Assembly (NCBI GenBank): GCA_963736855.1 | Contig: CAVTQK010000015.1 | Location: 672,001 to 736,000, forward strand | Source: an uncultured delta proteobacterium | GTDB taxonomy: Bacteria > Desulfobacterota > Desulfobacteria > Desulfobacterales > UBA2156 | Direction of reading: 5' to 3' | DNA length: 64,000 bases | In this document: in pieces, positions 45,129-54,387 of the stretch | How the letters are laid out: the number at the start of each line of letters is the position of its first letter | How positions within the stretch are numbered: the stretch's first letter is position 1 | Translations under genes and position numbers: made by a program | The notes under the pieces: generated by a model | What the model was told of the DNA's origin: nothing | The model's input: only the letters and a program-made list of their open reading frames with translations | Databases searched by the model: none

Positions 45129-45234
45129 TAATAAACGGAAGGTCCTTGCTTTTTTAACAAATTAGGGCTATTTTGACTATGACAATCAAAGCAATCCGCT
45201 TGTCAGTTTCCTAATCTGAAAGGAGGGTTTCATT

Positions 45235-45471
45235 ATGGCTCCTTCGGTCAATGAAAAATATATCGTCGATGAGAAAGGCAACCCGACTGCGGTTATCCTT
45301 CCAATAAAAGACTACAAAAAGATGCTTTCCGTCCTGGAAGAAATCGAGGATCACCGAGAAAGCAAAATTCTCTCTCAATCGGCTGAATTCAAGAAATTGG
45401 TAAAGAGAGGACTGGAGGATATCAAAGCGGGTAGAACGAAGCCATGGAAGGAAGTCTGGGATGACCTATGA
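45235..45471 (+). CDS. Putative type II antitoxin
   Basis: YIVDEKGNPTAVILPIKDYKKM...GLEDIKAGRT; overlaps a RelE-like start. Confidence 0.75.
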   Translation: MAPSVNEKYIVDEKGNPTAVILPIKDYKKMLSVLEEIEDHRESKILSQSAEFKKLVKRGLEDIKAGRTKPWKEVWDDL

Positions 45472-45550
45472 TGTTTATTTAGCAGACACCTTTCAGAAAT
45501 CAATCAAGGCTCTGAAAAAGAAGTATCCTCATGTTAAGGATGATCTTCTT
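45461..45550 (+). pseudogene. Truncated RelE/HigB-like toxin
   Basis: MTYDVYLADTFQKSIKALKKKYPHVKDDL, then interrupted by a hairpin repeat. Confidence 0.7.
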
Positions 45551-45635
45551 ATTGCACCGCATCTGCTACGTTGCCGAAAGCTCGACGTACGAATTGTACG
45601 CCTTCGCTTCCGGACGCCTTGCATCTGCGGCAAAT
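45551..45635. repeat. Hairpin core related to the interior of the miniature elements, without their terminal motif
   Basis: CATCTGCTACGTTGC...GACGTAC-GAATT-GTACGCC...CGCCTTGCATCTG. Confidence 0.75.
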
Positions 45636-45703
45636 TCGAAAATCACTCAATTTAGGTTGAAGTACTATTGAAGTAATTTCATTGCAGAAAAGGGGTATTA
45701 TAG

Positions 45704-45760
45704 AGGATGAAAAGGGATTGAACGGTAGAGCCAGAATTCCGCTCAACTCCGCATTATGCC
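45704..45760 (+). other. Degenerate attC-like site
   Basis: GGATTGAACGG...CCGCTCAACTCC dyad ending CATTATGCC (degenerate GTTRRRY core). Confidence 0.4.
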
Positions 45761-45772
45761 CTAAGATAAGGC

Positions 45773-45801
45773 TTGACAAAACGTACGCAATAACGTACCT
45801 T
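45773..45801 (+). promoter_or_regulatory. yefM-yoeB promoter/operator
   Basis: TTGACA-17-TACCTT containing two GTAC-core palindromes 12 bp apart. Confidence 0.75.
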
Positions 45802-45825
45802 GAACAACAAAAAACGAGGTGCACC

Positions 45826-46068
45826 ATGCCGACATTATCAGCAACCGAGGCAAGAACGAAACTTTATAATCTTATCGATCAAACATCGTCAACCCACGAG
45901 CCAATACTTATAACGGGCAAACGTGGAAACGCCGTATTAATTTCCGAGGATGACTGGCGTTCCATTCAAGAAACCATATACCTTTTAAATATTCCCGGTA
46001 TGCGCAACTCCATCCGCGAAGGCTTGGCAACACCATTGGAGGAATGTGGAGAGGAGCTTGATTGGTGA
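45826..46068 (+). CDS. yefM: Phd/YefM antitoxin
   Basis: LSATEARTKLYNLID...PILITGKRGNAVLISEDDWRSIQETIYLL. Confidence 0.93.
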   Translation: MPTLSATEARTKLYNLIDQTSSTHEPILITGKRGNAVLISEDDWRSIQETIYLLNIPGMRNSIREGLATPLEECGEELDW

Positions 46069-46328
46069 ATTGGCGACTTGTTTATACCAAGCAAGCCCAG
46101 AAAGATGCTAAAAAATTAACCGCTTCCGGACTCAGAGCGAAAGCTGAAGAAATAATTCAAATCCTGCGCAAAAATCCTTACCAAGCCCAACCTCCCTTTG
46201 AGAAACTTGTCGGTGATCTAACGGGGGCTTATTCAAGGCGCATAAATATTCAGCATCGGCTTATTTATCAGGTTTTAAATGATAAAAAGGTTGTCAAAAT
46301 TATCCGCATGTGGACTCACTATGAATAA
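46065..46328 (+). CDS. yoeB: Txe/YoeB toxin
   Basis: FEKLVGDLTGAYSRRINIQHRLIY...MWTHYE; GTGA overlap with yefM. Confidence 0.95.
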   Translation: MNWRLVYTKQAQKDAKKLTASGLRAKAEEIIQILRKNPYQAQPPFEKLVGDLTGAYSRRINIQHRLIYQVLNDKKVVKIIRMWTHYE

Positions 46329-46334
46329 CGGAGG

Positions 46335-46401
46335 AAGAACGAAAAAGACTTCGCAGCGGACGATCGGGTACACGACCCGCCGCTTAGCCGGGTCGTTTTT
46401 T
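46335..46401 (+). other. Degenerate attC-like site
   Basis: GCAGCGGACG...CCGCCGCTTAGCCGGGTCGTT bulged dyad just after the yoeB stop. Confidence 0.5.
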
Positions 46402-46624
46402 GCTCCCCTGAAAGAGGAGGCGCAGGTTCCCATATCTTGTGCCGAATATGACGGTAAACCACAGCTAACGCACTCATTTATTCAACCCTAAAAAACTTTC
46501 CATCAAAATGTTGCCCCCGACAAAAGGTCGGAGTAAAGTTTTCCGTCTGTTTTTGGTGAAGCGCGACGCCTTAACGGCTGCCGTATTTGAAACATGGACT
46601 ATTAGAAGAAAAAGGAGGGTGACA

Positions 46625-47656
46625 ATGAAAAAGGGTATCCTGGTATTCATGGCGACAACGATGGTGATTTTTTGTTGTCTGACCGGAGCGGCATTCTCCG
46701 CCGACTACAAACCCGAATACAAGCTTTCGACAGTAGTGGGAAAACCCTTTCCCTGGGGGATTGCGGGCGAGCGATGGGCTGAACTCGTGAAGGAGAAAAC
46801 CGCCGGCCGCATTCTGATCAAGACATACCCCGGGACCAGCTTAGTGGGCGGCGATCAGACCAAGGAATTCACCGCCATCCGTCAGGGAGCCATCGACATG
46901 GCCATCGGTTCCACCATCAACTGGTCCCCGCAGGTGAAGGAACTCAATCTGTTCTCCATGCCGTTTCTGATGCCCGACTATAAGGCCATCGATGCGTTGA
47001 CTCAGGGAGATGTGGGAAAAGATCTTTTCAAGATTCTCAGTGAAAAAGATGTCGTTCCTCTGGCCTGGGGCGAAAACGGATTCCGCGAACTCACCAACTC
47101 GAAGCGGGCCATTCGCACCCCGGCGGACCTGAAGGGGCTGAAAATCCGCGTGGTCGGATCTCCGCTTTTTCTGGATACTTTCACGGCGCTGGGCGCAAAT
47201 CCTACCCAGATGAGCTGGGCGGATGCAGTCCCCGCCCTTTCAAGCGGCGCAGTGGATGGCCAGGAAAACCCTCTGACCATCTTTACCGTGGCCAAACTGG
47301 ACACCGCTGCAAATCAGAAGAATCTTACTCTTTGGGGATACGTGGCGGACCCGCTGATCTTTGTCGTGAGCAAGTCCGTTTGGGGAACATGGACGCCCGA
47401 GGATCAGAAGGCTGTCCGCGAAGCCGCCGAACAGGCGGGCCGTGAAAACATCGACGCAGCGCGAAAAGGATTGATTCCGCCCGACGACTCCATGATCAAG
47501 GAAGTGGGAGCCAAGGGCGTCAACGTCGTGAAATTATCCGATGCCGAGAAGGAGGCGTTCAGAAAGGCAACCCGCAGCGTTTACGATAAATGGGCCATAC
47601 AGATCGGCGCAGATCTCGTGAAGAAAGCCGAGGAAGCCATCGCCAAACGAAAATAA
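46625..47656 (+). CDS. dctP: TRAP transporter substrate-binding protein
   Basis: Signal peptide, WGENGFRELTN, LKGLKIRV, VDGQENP. Confidence 0.96.
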   Translation: MKKGILVFMATTMVIFCCLTGAAFSADYKPEYKLSTVVGKPFPWGIAGERWAELVKEKTAGRILIKTYPGTSLVGGDQTKEFTAIRQGAIDMAIGSTINWSPQVKELNLFSMPFLMPDYKAIDALTQGDVGKDLFKILSEKDVVPLAWGENGFRELTNSKRAIRTPADLKGLKIRVVGSPLFLDTFTALGANPTQMSWADAVPALSSGAVDGQENPLTIFTVAKLDTAANQKNLTLWGYVADPLIFVVSKSVWGTWTPEDQKAVREAAEQAGRENIDAARKGLIPPDDSMIKEVGAKGVNVVKLSDAEKEAFRKATRSVYDKWAIQIGADLVKKAEEAIAKRK

Positions 47657-47696
47657 ATCAGTAATTCCTTTGCATTTAAAGGCACTGGAGTTGATG

Positions 47697-47740
47697 GCGC
47701 GCATCGCGGCGCCTTCTTCAAAATCGCGGTGCGCGCTTTT
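47697..47740 (+). terminator. Hairpin with T-tract after dctP (partial terminator or stabiliser)
   Basis: GCGCGCATCGCG...CGCGGTGCGCGC-TTTT. Confidence 0.55.
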
Positions 47741-47773
47741 CTTTAAATTGGAGCTTGGACAAGGAAACGCGGC

Positions 47774-48280
47774 ATGCAAGACGAACTGGACTCCTGCCCC
47801 CAACCGGCGAAACCGAATACACGGGTGCCGTTGAAGATCGAGGAGACCCTGGCCGGAATCGCCATCGGGCTTTTGGCCCTCATCACCTTTGCCAATGTGG
47901 TCGTGCGCTACGCCACCAATTTTTCCTTCGCCTTCACGGAAGAGTTCTCCATCTTTTTAATGCTGTTTATGGCCTTTATCGGTGCATCGAGCGTGATGGC
48001 GAAAAATGGGCACCTGAACATCACCTACTTCGTGGACAAATTCCGACAGCAAAACCGTCGGTGGATCCTGCTTTTCGCTGCCGGAATGGCGGGCGTTGCG
48101 TTCGCTATTCTTTCGCTGCTGGGCGGATGGATGGCCTATGATGAATATCGCTTCGAGGTGACCTCCCCCGGACTCGGGATCCCGACCTGGATCTATACGG
48201 TCTGGATGCCCATTTTATGTTTGGGCATCCTGGGTCGTACGGTCGGCCTGATGATGCGCATTTGGAGGGACAAAGCCTGA
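47774..48280 (+). CDS. dctQ: TRAP small permease
   Basis: NVVVRY, FTEE, GHLNI, four TM helices. Confidence 0.95.
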   Translation: MQDELDSCPQPAKPNTRVPLKIEETLAGIAIGLLALITFANVVVRYATNFSFAFTEEFSIFLMLFMAFIGASSVMAKNGHLNITYFVDKFRQQNRRWILLFAAGMAGVAFAILSLLGGWMAYDEYRFEVTSPGLGIPTWIYTVWMPILCLGILGRTVGLMMRIWRDKA

Positions 48281-49569
48281 TGTCGGCTGCCATCATACTG
48301 TTCGGCGGATTTTTCCTCCTCATGCTCGCAGGTGTTCCCATCGCCGCATCCCTGGGGCTTGCCGGCACCCTGGTCATCGCCATGAAAAGCCTGGGAGTCA
48401 TGGCCATTCCCACAAATGTCTATGCAGGTATCGCCAAGTATCCGCTTTTGGCGATTCCCATGTTTGTTCTGGCCGGCGCCATCTTCGATCGATCCGGTGT
48501 AGCTTCCCGGCTCCTGCGCTTTACGACCGCCATTGTCGGCCATGGACGCGGTGCCCTGGCCGCAATCACGATCCTGGTCGCCATGATCATCGGGGGCATC
48601 TCCGGATCAGGTCCGGCGTGTACCGCCGCGGTGGGGGGTGTGATGCTGGGGGCCATGATCCGGGCCGGATATCCACGCGGTTTTGCTGCAAGCGTGACGG
48701 CGGCAGCGGGATCCACAGACATCCTGATTCCGCCTTCCGTAGCCTTCATTATCTATAGTGTGCTCGTTCCCTCAGCCACGGTTCCCGCTCTTTTCGTTGC
48801 CGGCATCGGCCCGGGGATTCTCGCCTGTATCACGCTGATCATTCCCGCGGTGCTTCTCAGCCGCTACTATGGTTTCGGGGCGACCCAGGGGAAAGTGGCC
48901 CGACCGGCGTTCTGGCAGTCGTTCAAGGAGGCGTTTTGGGCGCTGATGGCGCCTGTGCTCATTTTGGGCGGCATGCGTACGGGATGGTTCACCCCCACAG
49001 AAGCCGCGGTGATGGCGGTTTTCTACGGCCTGATTGTCGGTTTTTTCATCTACCGAAGCCTCACCCTCCGGGATATTGGTGAACTCCTGGTGCAATCCGC
49101 AGAGACTTCCGCGGTCATTCTGATCGTCGTGGGTCTTGCAAGCGTTTTTGCGTGGGCATCGAGCACGATCGGAATCGTTGACCCCATCGCCAAAAGTTTG
49201 GTGGCGCTCGGCGGGGGAGAAACCGGGGTCATCGTGCTTATGATGGTATTCCTGGTGATCGTGGGCATGTTCCTGGACGGGATCTCCATATTCCTGATCT
49301 TTACCCCGCTCTTCGTTCCGGTGGCGGAGACTTTCCATTGGGATCTGGTCTGGTTCGGAGTGCTCATCACCTATAACGTCGCCCTCGGGCAATTCACCCC
49401 GCCCATGGCGGTCAATCTCATGGTGAGCTGCCGGATCAGCGGGGCCTCCATGGAGTCCACGGTGCGTTGGGATATCTGGCTGCTTTTGTCCATGTTTACC
49501 GGCCTGCTCTTGATCATCGCCTTTCCATCCGTGGCGATATGGTTGCCCAAAGTTCTCGGTTTCATGTGA
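48280..49569 (+). CDS. dctM: TRAP large permease
   Basis: LLAIPMFVLAG, GGISGSG, LIPPS, FTPTEAA, GQFTPP. Confidence 0.96.
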   Translation: MSAAIILFGGFFLLMLAGVPIAASLGLAGTLVIAMKSLGVMAIPTNVYAGIAKYPLLAIPMFVLAGAIFDRSGVASRLLRFTTAIVGHGRGALAAITILVAMIIGGISGSGPACTAAVGGVMLGAMIRAGYPRGFAASVTAAAGSTDILIPPSVAFIIYSVLVPSATVPALFVAGIGPGILACITLIIPAVLLSRYYGFGATQGKVARPAFWQSFKEAFWALMAPVLILGGMRTGWFTPTEAAVMAVFYGLIVGFFIYRSLTLRDIGELLVQSAETSAVILIVVGLASVFAWASSTIGIVDPIAKSLVALGGGETGVIVLMMVFLVIVGMFLDGISIFLIFTPLFVPVAETFHWDLVWFGVLITYNVALGQFTPPMAVNLMVSCRISGASMESTVRWDIWLLLSMFTGLLLIIAFPSVAIWLPKVLGFM

Positions 49570-49587
49570 AGTATCAAGGAGAATTTC

Positions 49588-50553
49588 ATGTTTTCAGACA
49601 AGCAGACATTCTTGAAGATTTATCGCACCATGGTCACCATCCGCCAATTCGAGACGATGGCCGGTGAACATTTTGCAGCCGGGCAGATCCCCGGCTTCAT
49701 CCATCTTTCCATCGGCCAGGAAGCCTCCAGCGTCGGGGTCTGCTCCTGCCTGCGCAAGGATGACTATGTGGTCACGACCCATCGGGGGCATGGCCACATG
49801 ATCGCCAAGGGCGCCGATCTGAAGCGAATGACCGCCGAGCTGTTCGGCAAAAAGACCGGCTACTGCAAGGGCAAGGGAGGCTCCATGCACATCGCCGACT
49901 TTTCCATCGGCATTCTGGGGGCCAATGGGGTGGTGGCCGGCGGATTGCCCATCATCACCGGTGCGGGGCTGTCCATCAAACTGCGCAAAACCGACCAGGT
50001 GGCGGTGGCCTTTTTCGGAGATGGTGCGGCCAACCGAGGTCCGGTTCACGAGGCCATGAATATGGCCGCCATTTGGAAACTGCCCGTCCTCTTTGTGTGC
50101 GAGAACAACCAGTACGCTTCGACCACGCCGATGCATTATGCCTGTTCAGCAGGAGACCTTTGCACCCGCGCCGCAGCCTATGACATGCCCGGGGAGAAAA
50201 TCGACGGAAATGATGTCCTGGCGGTCCGCGAGGCCACCGCCTCAGCCGTTGCCCGGGCCCGGGCAGGGGAGGGGCCGACGTTTTTGGAAAACGTGACCTA
50301 TCGACTCAAAGGACACTACGAGGGGGATCCTCAGAAATACCGGACAGTGGAGGAGATTGAAATCCGGCGGCAGAAAGATCCCATCGAACACTTCGGCCGG
50401 ATGTTGGCCCAAAAAAAATATCTTACCGAAAAACACGCGGCCCAGATCCGGGAAGAGGTTCAGGCCGAGCTGGAGGAAGCCCTGGCTTTTGCCGAGAGCA
50501 GCCCCTTCCCTGAACCCGAGGATGCAATGGCCGACTTGTACAGTAATTCGTAA
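49588..50553 (+). CDS. Acetoin/pyruvate-type dehydrogenase E1 alpha (TPP)
   Basis: GFIHLSIGQEA, THRGHGH, GKGGSMH, FGDGA, ENNQYA, TYRLKGHYEGD. Confidence 0.95.
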   Translation: MFSDKQTFLKIYRTMVTIRQFETMAGEHFAAGQIPGFIHLSIGQEASSVGVCSCLRKDDYVVTTHRGHGHMIAKGADLKRMTAELFGKKTGYCKGKGGSMHIADFSIGILGANGVVAGGLPIITGAGLSIKLRKTDQVAVAFFGDGAANRGPVHEAMNMAAIWKLPVLFVCENNQYASTTPMHYACSAGDLCTRAAAYDMPGEKIDGNDVLAVREATASAVARARAGEGPTFLENVTYRLKGHYEGDPQKYRTVEEIEIRRQKDPIEHFGRMLAQKKYLTEKHAAQIREEVQAELEEALAFAESSPFPEPEDAMADLYSNS

Positions 50554-50563
50554 AGGGGGAAGC

Positions 50564-51544
50564 ATGTCGGAAAGAATTCTAACCTGTTCCGCCGCGTTGG
50601 CCGAGGCGCTGCACGAGGAGATGCGACGGGACGAGAGTATTTTCATTCTGGGCGAGGATGTGATCGCTAATGGCGGCATTTTTGGCCAGTTCAAAGGCAT
50701 CCCTGAAGCATTTCCGGGCCGGATCATCGATTCCCCCATCTCCGAAACCGGCATCGCCGGATGCGGGGTTGGCGCCGCTATGACCGGCATGCGGCCCTTC
50801 ATCGATTTTCATTTCTCCGACTTTCTCACCTGCGGCATGGACGAATTGTGCAACCAGGCCGCCAAGATCCGCTACATGTCCGGCGGACAGGTCAAACTGC
50901 CGATGGTTATCTGGTGCCCGGACGGCGCCGGCCTGCGTGCCGCGGCCCAGCATTCCCAGTCCCTGGAGGCATGGTTCGTGCACACCCCCGGGCTCAAGGT
51001 GGTGGTTCCCAGCGAACCGGCCGATGTCAAAGGGTTGATTAAGGCCGCCATCCGGGACGACAATCCGGTGATGTTTTTCCAGCACAAGAAGCTTTTTGCC
51101 AAAGAGGGGCCGGTTCCCGAGGAGGACTATATTATTGAACTCGGGAGGGCGGCTGTTAAAAAAGAGGGCAGGGACGTGAGTCTGCTTTGCTACGGTGCGG
51201 CTTACTATCTCTGCCTTGAAGCGGCATCAGCGCTGCGCGAGGACGCCATCGATGTGGAAATCGTCGATCTGAGAACCCTCAAACCGCTGGATATGGATAC
51301 GGTGGCGCAATCAATCCGGAAAACTCACCGTGCGGTCATTGTCCACGAGGCCTGTCTGACGGGAGGCTTCGGCGCCGAACTGGCGGCTCGGATCCAGGAT
51401 GAATTGTTCGATGAGCTGGATGCACCGGTCAAGCGTGTCGGCACCAAAGACGTGCCCATTCCATTTTCTCCTTCAATGGAGGATTTTGTGCTGCCCAGTG
51501 TGGCCGACGTTCTCGAGGCGGCCCATGCGGTAACCTATCGGTAG
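50564..51544 (+). CDS. Acetoin/pyruvate-type dehydrogenase E1 beta
   Basis: LGEDV, DSPISE, AAQHSQS, PGLKVV, DLRTLKPLD. Confidence 0.95.
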   Translation: MSERILTCSAALAEALHEEMRRDESIFILGEDVIANGGIFGQFKGIPEAFPGRIIDSPISETGIAGCGVGAAMTGMRPFIDFHFSDFLTCGMDELCNQAAKIRYMSGGQVKLPMVIWCPDGAGLRAAAQHSQSLEAWFVHTPGLKVVVPSEPADVKGLIKAAIRDDNPVMFFQHKKLFAKEGPVPEEDYIIELGRAAVKKEGRDVSLLCYGAAYYLCLEAASALREDAIDVEIVDLRTLKPLDMDTVAQSIRKTHRAVIVHEACLTGGFGAELAARIQDELFDELDAPVKRVGTKDVPIPFSPSMEDFVLPSVADVLEAAHAVTYR

Positions 51545-51556
51545 ACAGGGGTGCGC

Positions 51557-52801
51557 ATGGTCGTAGAAATCAGAATTCCCAAACTCGGACTCACCATGAC
51601 GGATGCGGTGCTGGTCAAGTGGCTCGTCGGCGCCGGGGAACGCGTGGTCAAGGAGCAGCCTGTTTGTGTTATTGAAACCGACAAGGTGACCCTGGAGTTG
51701 GAAGCCTCGGGAAAAGGCCTGGTTCATCCCATCGTCGAACCCGGTCGGCGTGTGGCTGTGGGAGAAGTGATCGGCTATATTGCAGCCGATGAAACGAAAC
51801 TGGAAGCGCTCCGGGCGCAGCACGCCGCGTCGCCGACCGGCCCCAAGGAAACGCCTGCTCCAAAAAAGGTGAAAAAACTCCGGGCTCCTGCCGCGATTCC
51901 GCGAAAATCGGCAGGCCATGGGCGAATCCTCGCTTCACCGGCAGCCAGGAAATTGAGCACGACGCTCGGCGTCGAATTGAAGGGCATTCCCGGCAGCGGT
52001 CCCGGCGGGCGGATCATTTTATCGGATGTGCAACGATTCGCCGATACCATCCGTAGCACGCCATTTACCGGCGGGTATGATATCGGGACCGGAGCGCCGG
52101 AAACCGAACTCCTTACTGTGGCCGAAACGATCACCATCCGCGGGATTCGTAAAATCATCTCACGGAACATGACGCTGAGCCTCAGCCGCCAGGCCCAGTT
52201 GACCTTGCACACCGAAGCGTCGGCTGCGGCGTTGCGCGATACGCGAACTCTGTTCAACGCCCGCCTGGAAGAGGGACAATCCCCTGTCTCGTATAATGCG
52301 ATCATCGTCAAGGCAGCCGCCCAGGCCCTGCGCCGATATCCCATGATCAATGCCATAGTGGACGGACGGGACATCAGGATTTGGAAGCAGATCCACATCG
52401 GGGTGGCCATGGATTTCGGAAAGGGCCTGATCGTGCCCAAGATCCGCTATGCCGACACCAAGTCGATCCAAACCATCTCAGGGGAGCTGGAGAATCTGGC
52501 CGCCAGGGCGGAAAAACAGCACCTGGTTCCGGACGAGCTTTGGGGAGGCACATTTACCATCACCAATCTGGGAAATTGGGATATCGACCATTTTACGCCG
52601 GTCAACAACTTTCCGGAAAGTGCAATTCTCGGCGTGGGCCGAATTGTGGAAAAGCCATGGGTTCGAGATGGTAAAGTCGTGGCCGAACCGCGCATTTCAT
52701 TGAGCCTGACCTTCGACCACCGGATCATCAACGGCGCACTGGCGGCCGAATTTCTAAAATCCATCAAGGACAGACTTGAAGACACGCGGTTGATTCTCTA
52801 G
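51557..52801 (+). CDS. Dihydrolipoamide acyltransferase E2
   Basis: Lipoyl domain IETDKV, subunit-binding domain ASPAARK...GSGPGGRI, GGTFTITNLG, DHRIING. Confidence 0.96.
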   Translation: MVVEIRIPKLGLTMTDAVLVKWLVGAGERVVKEQPVCVIETDKVTLELEASGKGLVHPIVEPGRRVAVGEVIGYIAADETKLEALRAQHAASPTGPKETPAPKKVKKLRAPAAIPRKSAGHGRILASPAARKLSTTLGVELKGIPGSGPGGRIILSDVQRFADTIRSTPFTGGYDIGTGAPETELLTVAETITIRGIRKIISRNMTLSLSRQAQLTLHTEASAAALRDTRTLFNARLEEGQSPVSYNAIIVKAAAQALRRYPMINAIVDGRDIRIWKQIHIGVAMDFGKGLIVPKIRYADTKSIQTISGELENLAARAEKQHLVPDELWGGTFTITNLGNWDIDHFTPVNNFPESAILGVGRIVEKPWVRDGKVVAEPRISLSLTFDHRIINGALAAEFLKSIKDRLEDTRLIL

Positions 52802-52887
52802 CAAAGGGGACATGCGATGTTACCGGAATAGTAGCCTTGATCGGATGGGGATTGCAAAGCATCCATAGAAAGTGGGGAGCGATAGAC

Positions 52888-53220
52888 ATGACTGAGCAGC
52901 GACATATTGAAATTTCGGAATTGTTCAAACAGCTGCAGGACGATTTGCCCGAAGAGTTAGAGGCTTTTAAGGGGCTGAGCCGGGTTTTGGAACGCGACGG
53001 CGCCATTGACCGGAAAACCAAGGATCTGATCCTGATTGCCCTGGCGTGTTCCACACGGTGCGAAAAATGCATCGCCGTGCACATCCGCAATGCCGTCATG
53101 AATGGGGCAAACAAAAAGGAGATTCTGGAGGCGGCCATGCTGAATGTTCTTTACAACGGCGGCACTAGCATCATGGATATGCATGTCGTTTACCAGGAGC
53201 TGTTCAATCATTTTGATTGA
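52888..53220 (+). CDS. CMD/AhpD-like protein with CxxC
   Basis: GAIDRKTKDLILIALA..RCEKCIAVH..AV.NGA..KEILEA. Confidence 0.9.
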   Translation: MTEQRHIEISELFKQLQDDLPEELEAFKGLSRVLERDGAIDRKTKDLILIALACSTRCEKCIAVHIRNAVMNGANKKEILEAAMLNVLYNGGTSIMDMHVVYQELFNHFD

Positions 53221-53504
53221 TGGCACAGAGCTTGCCTCGGCGCAAGCGCCTCAAACAGCTTGAAATTATTAACGCTCAGCCGTTCGCATCTCTTTTTCCG
53301 AAAATGCTCAAATCTCGCTTGCAAAAGCTTTTTACGAAGCCATCAAATTTGATGAACTCGTAAAAAGTCGAAAATCAGATGGCAAAGTAAAAAGTTCAAG
53401 TTCAAGGCGTCGCGAATCCCGTGTGATGAGGCGTACTTATCGTACGTCGAAATTGCAACGGGATGAAGCGCAACGCAGAAATTGGACTTTTTACGAAGCC
53501 ATTA
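53218..53504. repeat. Tandem pair of miniature elements: partial type-2 copy (to 53345) and divergent type-1 copy (53350-53504) flanked by AATT
   Basis: Same terminal motif; interiors match 18960-19176 and 16028-16182 respectively. Confidence 0.85.
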
Positions 53505-53518
53505 AATTTTGCTTCGTA

Positions 53519-54170
53519 TCAATACGGCGAATAGACCTTAAGGTTATCAAAATGGACTTCCACAGGATTTTCTTCATAGGAGATCGCGATCAGAGCGATG
53601 TCCCCGTCAAGTAAACGATAATCCTTTACGCCGCCCATAAAAATGCCGTTGATCCAAAAATTTAAAGAAACGCCATTGGCGACCACTCTGCAAGACGTTG
53701 GTGTCATTTCCCTGACGGATGACGGGAGAATAGGTCCAGAAGATCAGGGCTTCGATTTTCCGATCCGCAATCTTTAAAATGCTCCAGTACCCATCTCCAC
53801 TAATCAGAAATGCATACGCACTGAAAGGTTTTTCCCACTCCGTATATCGGCAAAGCACGCCGTAAGCATTATTGTTGTTTGCCGGTGACTCCACCTGGGT
53901 CGTCGTCACCTCCAGATCGAGGTCACCCAGAGTAATTTTCGGATTGCCGAATATCATGGCCGGCCACGGCTTGTTGGTTCGAACGGCATATTTCCCGTCG
54001 ATGTACTCCAATTTGCCGATTTCTTCGTCTTCACCTCTCGGCCACCCCGACTCCGGATCTGAAAAGTCATCCTCGTAGAGCAGGGTGTTGCAACGGACAA
54101 ATTGGGGTGTTGCCAAAAAGCATAAACAAAACACCATGATCCATGCTGAAAAACGGCCCATCTTCTTCAT
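53519..54170 (-). CDS. Exported beta-sandwich protein (DUF1080-like), frameshifted near 53693
   Basis: Signal peptide, LYEDDFSD..SGW, YAFLISGDGYW, continuing to VHFDNLKVY in another frame. Confidence 0.65.
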
Positions 54171-54387
54171 ATCATCCTTCTTTGGAAATAGAAAAATTCT
54201 TATATCAAATAAATACCTTTTTGGTATGATAAAATTTTTTATTGACAGAGATTATTATTCCTCTCTAAAAAAGGTCCTTGAGCGTATTCATACAAGTATC
54301 GACTCTTTGGAGTGATGTCTTATTAAGATCCATCAGTATTCAATTAACCCATTTAAATTCATTTTGCCATAAAAAAGTAACCGATGC

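Noticed and set aside
52715..52740. E2 inactivated because DHRxxDG reads DHRIING
   Set aside because: Asn at this position occurs in active E2 enzymes; the catalytic His and lipoyl Lys are present
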